A stretch of 45,891 nucleotides of DNA from the NCBI GenBank assembly GCA_017610405.1, contig JAFCCD010000001.1:1-45891 (forward strand). The letters run 5' to 3'. The DNA comes from Nanobdellota archaeon. GTDB taxonomy: Archaea; Nanobdellota; Nanobdellia; Pacearchaeales; GW2011-AR1. The notes under the pieces were generated by a model. The model made no database searches and was not told where the DNA came from. It saw only the letters and a program-made list of their open reading frames with translations. Made by a program: the position numbers and the translations under genes. Of the stretch, positions 15,906-23,139 are shown piece after piece; the first letter of the stretch is position 1, and each line of letters starts with the position of its first letter.

Positions 15906-16643
15906 TCAACTATTTTTTCGACGCAGTGCCTTGGCACTATTTTCCAACACCCCAAAAGAGTACCTGTCGCCATAGCCCTCCGAGACGTAAGCATAAACAT
16001 CCAGCCTGTCATCGAAGCTGCCCGAACCCAAGTCAGCAACTCTTGTTTTTGGTGAATTAACATTTTCCAAAGTCCAAAAATAAGGTTTTAATTTATAATA
16101 TTCAGAAACTTTTGCAAGTTTCTCTGTATTTTCTTTTCCTCCAACTAATGCAATAATTCCTAGATTTTGAGATAATTCTAAAGGTGTTTGATGTTCTATT
16201 TTAAAGCTATAAGGGACAAATCTTGTTTTTTTATCCTCGCTGAATATAACTTCTTTTTCTTGATTTTTTCCAAGCTTTTTTTCAAGTGTTTTTTGAGAAA
16301 GAAGAATTATTTTTCCATCTTTCATTTTTGGATTATCTTGAACAAACATGGCTTTTGGGAAATAATGAATTGCTGTGTTTCCAGTTATCCAAGAATTTTT
16401 AAGAGTTTTTATTACATTTTTAGCTGTTTCATAGTCTTTATTTTCTAAAGAAGCATAAATCAAAGGAATAAGTTCTGGCATTGTAGGCATTCTAAATCCT
16501 TTTCCATAATCTGCATTTCTTAGTCCGTTAAAATTTGTAGGACCAACTTCTTGAGCATTAAAGATAAGTTTTTCATCAGGAAGTCTCATTTCAGTTACAC
16601 ATTTAACTTCTTCAAATCTTGGTTTTTGAATTGCTTTTTCCAT
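15906..16643 (-). CDS. Hypothetical cytoplasmic protein (weak DUF1566-like 'F-R-M-P-T-x-x-E-L' motif) with a GC-rich 3' end
   Basis: 245-aa ORF with no signal peptide. 'GKGFRMPTMPELIPLIYA' loosely resembles the WRLPTxxEL motif. The last ~45 codons use GC-rich codons atypical for this window. Confidence 0.5.
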   Translation of the reverse strand: MEKAIQKPRFEEVKCVTEMRLPDEKLIFNAQEVGPTNFNGLRNADYGKGFRMPTMPELIPLIYASLENKDYETAKNVIKTLKNSWITGNTAIHYFPKAMFVQDNPKMKDGKIILLSQKTLEKKLGKNQEKEVIFSEDKKTRFVPYSFKIEHQTPLELSQNLGIIALVGGKENTEKLAKVSEYYKLKPYFWTLENVNSPKTRVADLGSGSFDDRLDVYAYVSEGYGDRYSFGVLENSAKALRRKNS

Positions 16644-16708
16644 GTAAAATTTACAAATATATTGTTTATAAATCTTTTTACTTTGTTATCTCTGTAAAAA
16701 GGTAACAA

Positions 16709-17059
16709 TCACAAATCAATAACCCCTTCTTTGGTTAGTGCTGCAAATCTTATACCAACAGGAAGATTTATTAGAGCAGAAATAAGCGCCATGTGTTCTT
16801 TTCCGTCGCCAGAAGCAATACTTAGGGCAACTTCTGTTCCACTAATCTTTTTTTTGAGTTTATTTGCTATTTCTTCCCTCAAGTCTTTTAACTTTTTATC
16901 TAAATCAACTTGAATAAATTCAAAGGGTTTTTCATGTATAAATTTTTTTGCAAAATCTCCCCCTATGAGAATTGTTTTATCCCATTCACCATATTTCATC
17001 AAACCAGAAATCTGTGCCCAACTCCCTTTTCCAGACGATAAAAGTGCTATCAATTCCAT
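16709..17059 (-). CDS. Hypothetical small alpha/beta (Rossmann-like) protein
   Basis: 116 aa from the ATG at 17059 (the track start at 17074 is a TTG). It shows a beta-strand/Gly-loop pattern: 'ELIALLSSGKGSW', 'KTILIGG', 'EVALSIASGDGKEHMALISAL'. I do not securely recognise a family. Confidence 0.5.
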   Translation of the reverse strand: MELIALLSSGKGSWAQISGLMKYGEWDKTILIGGDFAKKFIHEKPFEFIQVDLDKKLKDLREEIANKLKKKISGTEVALSIASGDGKEHMALISALINLPVGIRFAALTKEGVIDL

Positions 17060-17205
17060 ATTAAAAAATATCAAAATCTATTTATAAAAATTGTTGTGAT
17101 AAACTTTATAAACTCCTTCTTTTTGGGTAAGATTGTCGTACTACATCATTAAGGGATATTTTTCTATACCTTTGATGCATAGGTAGAAGATATTTTAGAA
17201 AGAAA

Positions 17206-17835
17206 ATGGAATTAAATCAAGAACTAAAGAAAGCTCTAACTGAATTAAGGAAGGAAAAAGAAAGAAAATTCGACCAGACAGTAGACCTTATCATAAACCT
17301 GCAAAAATTTGATCTTAAAAAGAGTCAAGTAAATCTTTTTATTGGTGTTCCATTTAAAATTAAAGACAAAAAAATCTGTGGTTTTTTTGAAGTAAAAAAT
17401 AAAAATATTGAAACAATAACTCCTGAGCAATTCAAAAAATACTCTGATAAAAAAAGTTTGAAAAAACTTGTGAAAAATTTTGACTTTTTTATTGCACAAG
17501 CAAACTTAATGCCAAAAGTTGCTACAACATTTGGAAAGGTTTTAGGTCCTGCAGGAAAAATGCCTTCTCCTCAAATAGGAATTCTTAATAATATAAATGA
17601 AAAAGGAATCGATGAGCTTAGAAAAAAAATAAACAACAGTATGAAAATAAGAATAAAAGAAAGTAGTGTAAAAGTTGCTGCAGGAAAACAGAGTATGAAA
17701 GATAAGGAAATTATTGAAAATATAACAGCAATTTATAATTCTGTATTAAAGTCTCTTCCAAAAAACAAAGATAATATAAAAAATATAGAGCTAAAATTTA
17801 CAATGACTAAACCATATAAAATATTAATAAAATGA
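17206..17835 (+). CDS. rpl1: Ribosomal protein L1 (uL1)
   Basis: 'ERKFDQTVDLIINLQKFDLKK', 'FIAQANLMPKVATTFGKVLGPAGKMPSP'. It is followed by L10 and L12. Confidence 0.92.
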   Translation: MELNQELKKALTELRKEKERKFDQTVDLIINLQKFDLKKSQVNLFIGVPFKIKDKKICGFFEVKNKNIETITPEQFKKYSDKKSLKKLVKNFDFFIAQANLMPKVATTFGKVLGPAGKMPSPQIGILNNINEKGIDELRKKINNSMKIRIKESSVKVAAGKQSMKDKEIIENITAIYNSVLKSLPKNKDNIKNIELKFTMTKPYKILIK

Positions 17836-18755
17836 CTAGTAAAAAACTTAATCCTGTAAAAAAAATCAATGTAGCAAAAGAAAAGGTAAGAACAGAGATA
17901 GTAGACCTTATAAAAAATAAAAGAACAATACTAATAGCTTCCATAAAAAATATTCCTTCTTCCCAATTTCAGGAGATTGTGAAAAAATTAAGAGGAAAGG
18001 CAATAGTCAAGGTTCTGAAAAAAAACCTAATATTTCGCGTATTGGATTCCTCTGAAAATAAGGATTTGAAAAAACTTAATGATTCTATCAAAGAAAGTAC
18101 TGCCCTTTTATTTTCAGATATTGAATCCTTTGAACTTGCAGGAGAATTGACAAGTAACAAAAGCCCTGTAAAAGCAAAGGCAGGACAAGAATCTGTAAAA
18201 GATATTGAAATTCCGGCAGGCCCTACTGAACTTCTTCCAGGACCAGCCATAAGTGAACTTGGTGCATTAGGAATACAAATAAAGATAGAAAAAGGAAAAA
18301 TTAATATTCAAAAGTCAAAAATAATTGTTAGAGAAGGAGAAAAAATTTCTGCTGCTGCTGCAGATGTTATGAATAAATTTGATATCAAACCATTTTCAAT
18401 AGGTTTTGTTCCTCTAGCTGCATTTGATACTCAAGAGGAAAAATTATACCTCAATATACAAATTGATAAAGAAAAGATGGTTGAAGATGTAAAAGAAACA
18501 TTTGGAAAGGCTCTGGCTTTTAGTGTGGAAATGGATTATATAAGTAAAGACACAATTAGTTTATTGATAAGAAAGGTAGTAACTAATGGAAAAAGTTTTG
18601 AAAAATTTACTACAAAAGTAAAAATTAGTGAAGATAAAAAAGAAGAAGACAAATCAGTTGAACTAGAAGTTAAAGAATCTGAAGAAGAGCAAGAATCCAA
18701 ACCAGAACCCGAACAAATTCAAACTCCCAAAGAAAATCAGGAGGAAAATAAATAA
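17832..18755 (+). CDS. rpl10: Ribosomal stalk protein L10 / P0 (uL10)
   Basis: 'ILIASIKNIPSSQFQEIVKKLRGKAIVKVLKKNL', 'AGPTELLPGPAISELGALGIQIKIEKGKI', and an acidic C-terminal tail. Operon position fits. Confidence 0.9.
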   Translation: MTSKKLNPVKKINVAKEKVRTEIVDLIKNKRTILIASIKNIPSSQFQEIVKKLRGKAIVKVLKKNLIFRVLDSSENKDLKKLNDSIKESTALLFSDIESFELAGELTSNKSPVKAKAGQESVKDIEIPAGPTELLPGPAISELGALGIQIKIEKGKINIQKSKIIVREGEKISAAAADVMNKFDIKPFSIGFVPLAAFDTQEEKLYLNIQIDKEKMVEDVKETFGKALAFSVEMDYISKDTISLLIRKVVTNGKSFEKFTTKVKISEDKKEEDKSVELEVKESEEEQESKPEPEQIQTPKENQEENK

Positions 18756-19057
18756 TGGAAAATATATATGCAGCACTTTTGTTGCACAAATTGAGTAAAG
18801 ACGTAAATGAAGAAAATATAAAAAAAGTTATTGCAGCTACTGGTACAGAAATTGGTTCTGATGAAGAAGCTAAAATCAAATCCTTAGTTGCTAGTCTTAA
18901 GGGTGTTGACATTGACAAAGAACTAGAAAGTGCTAGTTTAGTCACGGCATCTCCTGGAGTTAGCAGTGTACCTGCTGAAAGTGAAAAGAAAGTAGAAAAG
19001 CCTAAAGAAGAAAAGAAAGAAGCTGCTGCAGAAGGACTTAGCGCACTCTTCGGATAA
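18755..19057 (+). CDS. rpl12: Ribosomal stalk protein L12 / P1
   Basis: 'MENIYAALLLHKLSKDVNEENIKKVIAATG' and the conserved C-terminus 'EEKKEAAAEGLSALFG*'. Confidence 0.92.
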   Translation: MENIYAALLLHKLSKDVNEENIKKVIAATGTEIGSDEEAKIKSLVASLKGVDIDKELESASLVTASPGVSSVPAESEKKVEKPKEEKKEAAAEGLSALFG

Positions 19058-19121
19058 ATTTATTGCTTTATTTTATATTTGAAGAGTCTTTCATACTTAG
19101 TAGAAGAGTTCTAGTGATAAG

Positions 19122-19129
19122 TTTTATAA
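19122..19129 (+). promoter_or_regulatory. TATA-like box for tRNA-Thr
   Basis: 'ttttataa' ends 25 nt upstream of the mature 5' end of the tRNA (19154). Confidence 0.45.
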
Positions 19130-19153
19130 TTAATCAAACTATAATTATGATAT

Positions 19154-19226
19154 GCCCTAGTAGCTCAGTGGTTAGAGTACTGCTCTCGTAAAGCAGGGGT
19201 CGCAGGTTCAAATCCTGCCTAGGGCT
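19154..19226 (+). tRNA. tRNA-Thr (anticodon CGU)
   Basis: GCCCTAGTAGCTCAGTGGTTAGAGTACTGCTCTCGTAAAGCAGGGGTCGCAGGTTCAAATCCTGCCTAGGGCT forms a canonical cloverleaf. The anticodon stem is CTGCT/AGCAG with loop CT-CGT-AA, and the T-loop is TTCAAAT. There is no intron and no encoded CCA. Confidence 0.92.
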
Positions 19227-19269
19227 TAAAACAGAAACCTTTTTAATGGGTTTTTCTTCAAAAATCTAT

Positions 19270-19351
19270 GCCGCTATGCGGAGAATGGTATTCCACTTGG
19301 TTTGAGCCCAAGGCCTTTACAGGCATCCAGGTTCGATTCCTGGTAGCGGCG
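19270..19351 (+). tRNA. tRNA-Ser (anticodon UGA), class II with a long variable arm
   Basis: Acceptor GCCGCTA/TAGCGGC with discriminator G. The anticodon stem is CTTGG/CCAAG with loop TT-TGA-GC. The variable arm is GCCT-TTAC-AGGC and the T-arm is CCAGG-TTCGATT-CCTGG. A TATA-like 'ctttttaat' lies about 23 nt upstream. Confidence 0.9.
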
Positions 19352-19357
19352 TTTTTT
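19352..19357 (+). terminator. Oligo-T stretch directly after tRNA-Ser
   Basis: T6 immediately follows the discriminator base. Confidence 0.45.
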
Positions 19358-19370
19358 CATTCATCTCCCC

Positions 19371-19640
19371 TCAACCAAAAATTCTTTTCCACCATGGCTT
19401 TTTAATTATAATTGGTTTATTATCTTCACCAATAATTTCATACTTTATTACTGGTTCTTCTTTAAGAATAGGTGCTTTTCTTGCCAGTTCTTTATTTAAT
19501 TCCCCAATCGCCCTCTCAACAGCTGTTCTAGAATATCCTTGCCCAATCAAAGCCCATTTTAATGATTCAATTGTATAGCCTTTTTTAAGATTATTTTTTA
19601 AATAATCTACAAGTTTCTTCCCATGATTATAATGCTCCAT
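19371..19640 (-). CDS. Hypothetical small protein
   Basis: 89-aa ORF with a helical N-terminal half ('GYTIESLKWALIGQGYSRTAVERAIGELN') and a basic C-terminus. It lies upstream of the AMP phosphorylase gene on the same strand. Confidence 0.45.
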   Translation of the reverse strand: MEHYNHGKKLVDYLKNNLKKGYTIESLKWALIGQGYSRTAVERAIGELNKELARKAPILKEEPVIKYEIIGEDNKPIIIKKPWWKRIFG

Positions 19641-19679
19641 AGAAAGAGAAAAACGCCGAAGTTTAAAAAATTAGTTGTG

Positions 19680-21161
19680 TTATTTTATCTTTATTGGTTT
19701 TATAATTTTGTAATATCTCGTTGCATGATTAAGTCTTGATAATGTCTCGGCATGAATTGTGATTATTTTGTTTCCTTTTTTTATTTTATCCCCAACATGT
19801 CTATGGAGATAAATTCCTGCAGATTTATCAACAGGGCAACCTGCTTCTTTTGCAAGAGAATTTATTTTTATATTATTTATTTCAATTATTGTTCCTGATT
19901 TTTTCACTTTTATATCTCTTGTAAATTTTGCTTTTTTCAGTCTTTTCAGACTTCCACCCTGGGCCTTAATTATCTCATTGAATTTCAAAAAGGCCTTTCC
20001 TGAATAAAGGATTTCTTCTGCCATTTTTATCCCCTTTCCTTTTTCTGCTTTTTTAGTCATTTCAAAAAGTTTTCCTGCAAGAAGAAGAGATTTTTTTTCA
20101 AGATCAGAAGGTCCTTTTTCTTTTGGATCAAGAATTTTTATTATATCTTCTAATTCAAGAACAGGTCCGATTCCAAAACCAATAGGCTGACTTCCATCAG
20201 TAAGAATGCATTTAAGATTTTTTTTAAAATATTTTCCAAGCTGCACAAATTTTCTTTTCAGTCTAAGTGCTTCTTTCTTATCAACTTTTGCATTTTTCCC
20301 ATAAGGAATATCTATGAGAATGTATTTACTTCCCATTGCCAGTTTTTTAGACATTATTGAAGCTAAAAGTTGTGCCCCTGGATCTAATCCTAAGGATCTT
20401 TCAATTCTTATTATCTTTGAATCTGCAGGAACCATTTTAATAGACCCTCCCCAAATCATGCAGGCATTTGTTTTCTTTACTATTTTTTTAACTTCTTTTA
20501 TTGAAAACTCCACCCTAGCAATAGTTTCTATGACATCTGCTGTTCCTGCTGCACTAGTTATTGCTCTTGAAGAATTTTTTGGAACAATAAGCCCTGCAGC
20601 AGCACATATTGAAACAACTATGGGTGTTGTCCTATTTCCTGGAACCCCTCCAATAGAATGTTTATCTACAACAAATTTATTTCTAAATTTTAATTGAGCC
20701 CCTGTTTTTTGAATTGCTTTTATTAAATAAATAATTTCTTTCATATTCATTCCATATTTATCTATAGCAGAAACAAAAAGCGCTATTTCTGAATCAGAAA
20801 GAGAATTATTAACAATGTCCCTTATTATTGCTCCTATTTCTTTTTTTTTCAATGATTTATTATTAAATTTTTTCTTTATAAAATTCATACTAATAGAAGG
20901 AATTGCCATATTAACTTCTACTTTTTCTCCTACTTTAACACCAAGATTTTTTTTTAATTCAGAAGAAATAGCAATTTCCTCTTTTCCAACAAGATCTTTA
21001 ATAACATCTACAACAGCTACAATTTCTTTAGGAAATTTAGAAAGTGTTTTTATGCTTAATGTATCCCGTGGATGAATCCCTATTTTTTCTGCAGTTTGTT
21101 CATTAAGCATTGCTACAGGAAGTCCTGCAGACCATTTCAAAAGTTTTATTTTTAATAGCAT
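19680..21161 (-). CDS. deoA: AMP phosphorylase (thymidine phosphorylase family, archaeal long type)
   Basis: 493 aa with the archaeal N-terminal extension 'LKIKLLKWSAGLPVAMLNEQTAEKIG'. 'DKHSIGGVPGNRTTPIVV' and 'SSRAITSAAGTADVIE' are typical of the TP/AMPpase family. Confidence 0.75.
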   Translation of the reverse strand: MLLKIKLLKWSAGLPVAMLNEQTAEKIGIHPRDTLSIKTLSKFPKEIVAVVDVIKDLVGKEEIAISSELKKNLGVKVGEKVEVNMAIPSISMNFIKKKFNNKSLKKKEIGAIIRDIVNNSLSDSEIALFVSAIDKYGMNMKEIIYLIKAIQKTGAQLKFRNKFVVDKHSIGGVPGNRTTPIVVSICAAAGLIVPKNSSRAITSAAGTADVIETIARVEFSIKEVKKIVKKTNACMIWGGSIKMVPADSKIIRIERSLGLDPGAQLLASIMSKKLAMGSKYILIDIPYGKNAKVDKKEALRLKRKFVQLGKYFKKNLKCILTDGSQPIGFGIGPVLELEDIIKILDPKEKGPSDLEKKSLLLAGKLFEMTKKAEKGKGIKMAEEILYSGKAFLKFNEIIKAQGGSLKRLKKAKFTRDIKVKKSGTIIEINNIKINSLAKEAGCPVDKSAGIYLHRHVGDKIKKGNKIITIHAETLSRLNHATRYYKIIKPIKIK

Positions 21162-21216
21162 AATATCTCTTTTCTTTATTTATATACAATAAATTAGAAA
21201 AAGTAGTTTTTATATC

Positions 21217-22254
21217 TTATTTTGATGGTTCTTTTATCATCAGATGAGGTGTTGTTTTTTTTCTATACAATTCTAACAATATTAAAAGATAAGATATTAC
21301 TAACGGACCTAAAAGAAGACCAAGAACACCAAAAAATAACAACCCTCCAATCATAGAAACTAACAAGATTCCTGAGTTTATTTTTGTTTTTCTCGAAACT
21401 ATCATTGGTCTTAAAAAATTGTCAATTGATGAGGAAATTATAGCAAAGACAACCATCCCTAATACAGGAATCATGTTTCCAAATACAAAAAGATAAATTA
21501 TCACAGGAATAGAGATAATTGTTGTTCCTACAACTGGAAAGACGCCAGCAATCATTGCAAGAACTGTTAAGAATAAAGCATTTGGAACCCTAAAGATAAA
21601 AAGACCAATTCCTAAAACAAGACCTTGGATAATCCCAATAAAAAACTGCCCATAAATTAGTGAAGATGTTATTCCAGAGGTAGATTTCCATAATTTCTTT
21701 TCAACCTCTTTTGAAAAAGGAAGAAGGGTCCTCACATATTCAATAAGTTTGTCTTTATCCCTAAGTACAAAGAAAAATGTGAAGAGGACTACTGTAATCT
21801 GAAGGAGTAATGCAGGAAAATTTAATATTATGCTTCCAAGAGAATTAACAACAGAATTAATGGCTTTGGTGGTAAAAGAAAATAGGATATTACCAATTTC
21901 TACTGAAAATTGCTCTAAAGCAAGCAAAGAAGGGAAAACTGATTTGATAGGGGTTATAAAATCTATGTTTTGTGCGGATTGGTATATTGAAAAAGCCTCT
22001 TTTATCAGAAGAGGTGTCAAAAACCACAATGGTAAAAAGATAATTGCGATTATAAAGAAGAGGATTAAGATCATTGATATCATCTTAATTTTTATGTGTT
22101 TGTTAAGCCAATCATAAACAGGAGCGAAAATAAAAACAAGAATCAAACCAACAATTATTGAAATAAGAATCGGTTTAACTATGAAAAAAGATAGAACTAT
22201 TAAAAGAGAGAGTATTACTAATGTTATGATTTTTCTGAAAGAGGTTTCATCCAT
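21217..22254 (-). CDS. AI-2E family transporter (PerM/UPF0118-type permease)
   Basis: 345-aa polytopic protein. 'SSIDNFLRPMIVSRKTKINSGILLVSMIGGLLFFGVLGLLLGPLV' matches the family C-terminal signature. Confidence 0.75.
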   Translation of the reverse strand: MDETSFRKIITLVILSLLIVLSFFIVKPILISIIVGLILVFIFAPVYDWLNKHIKIKMISMILILFFIIAIIFLPLWFLTPLLIKEAFSIYQSAQNIDFITPIKSVFPSLLALEQFSVEIGNILFSFTTKAINSVVNSLGSIILNFPALLLQITVVLFTFFFVLRDKDKLIEYVRTLLPFSKEVEKKLWKSTSGITSSLIYGQFFIGIIQGLVLGIGLFIFRVPNALFLTVLAMIAGVFPVVGTTIISIPVIIYLFVFGNMIPVLGMVVFAIISSSIDNFLRPMIVSRKTKINSGILLVSMIGGLLFFGVLGLLLGPLVISYLLILLELYRKKTTPHLMIKEPSK

Positions 22255-22346
22255 TTTCCTATGAATAATTAAAGTAAGAGGAAATTTATAAAGTTTTGTT
22301 CTTGGAAATAGAAAAGATTTATAAGGAAAATTTGTTAAATAGACTT

Positions 22347-23042
22347 ATGAATTTTATCCAAAAAATATTCTTAAATAAATCAGATGAATATGTGCATCTG
22401 CAATTCCAAAAATTTAGTAGAGGTGAATTTAAAAACCGGGCCTTAATCACTGCCAAAAAAACAGGTAATAAATATACAATATCGACGACATCAGAATTTG
22501 CTAACGAATTAGTAAGAGAAATGGCAAAAAAATTAGGCAATGATAAAACAAAAGTTACTGGAGCGATTGTTTCTACAAGTGATTTAAAAAGCGAGTTAAA
22601 TTTCAAAGAAATAAAGCAGTTTCAAGGGGTTAAAAGGTATCTTATTGAAGAAGATTTTTCTGGTGAAGAAATTATTTCTCTTTTAGATAAATTTCCAAAA
22701 GCGTTTTTTGCATTGAGTTTAGAAACCGGGAATTCAAAGTTAAAGATTAAACCAAAAGCCCCAAAAGCCCCAAAGCCAAAGAAGAATGAAGAGAAATTAC
22801 GACCAAATTTCTGCAAAATAATCACAGAAGACAGGATGTTTGCAGAAGATTTTATTTTTGAACAATCGGACTTCAAAAAAGCTGAAATTATACACTCTTT
22901 TTTAATAAAAGAAATAATACCTCCTAAAGGAGAAAAAGATTTTGCTAAAATTAGAGAACTTGCGAAAAGAAAAGGTACAATAATAAGAGATGCCGAAATC
23001 GATGGGAAAAAAACTGTGCAGAAAAAAGAATTTGAAGTATAA
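22347..23042 (+). CDS. Hypothetical two-domain protein with a 'KPKAPKAPKPKK' linker, directly upstream of the rpl3 operon
   Basis: The ATG at 22347 is preferred because the track start at 22296 is a TTG and a TATA-like 'tttataag' at 22318-22325 ends 22 nt before 22347. I recognise no family. Confidence 0.5.
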   Translation: MNFIQKIFLNKSDEYVHLQFQKFSRGEFKNRALITAKKTGNKYTISTTSEFANELVREMAKKLGNDKTKVTGAIVSTSDLKSELNFKEIKQFQGVKRYLIEEDFSGEEIISLLDKFPKAFFALSLETGNSKLKIKPKAPKAPKPKKNEEKLRPNFCKIITEDRMFAEDFIFEQSDFKKAEIIHSFLIKEIIPPKGEKDFAKIRELAKRKGTIIRDAEIDGKKTVQKKEFEV

Positions 23043-23139
23043 TTTATCTTAGAAACCTTCCCGCAACGCTTAAAAACCTTCTTTTTCTTGATATTCTATA
23101 TTCCAGGGAACAAAATGTTATCCGCTAATTTATTAAGAA

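Noticed and set aside
15806-16063. Overlapping ORFs 15806..16063(-) and 15848..16060(+) across the GC-rich patch
   Set aside because: They are open only because the GC-rich segment lacks stop codons in several frames. The products are Pro/Cys/His/Arg-rich nonsense. Only the frame continuous with the 245-aa gene extends into normal-composition DNA.
19058-19370. tRNA-Thr/tRNA-Ser pair as an integration hotspot for a mobile element
   Set aside because: There is no integrase, transposase or phage-like gene nearby. I did not spot a duplicated tRNA 3' end (att-like direct repeat) in the flanks, and the neighbouring genes are housekeeping.
22752-22778. Short tandem nucleotide repeat 'ccaaaagcc ccaaaagcc ccaaagcc'
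   Set aside because: It simply encodes the in-frame 'PKAPKAPKPK' linker. It is too short and too few copies to be a CRISPR array or satellite.
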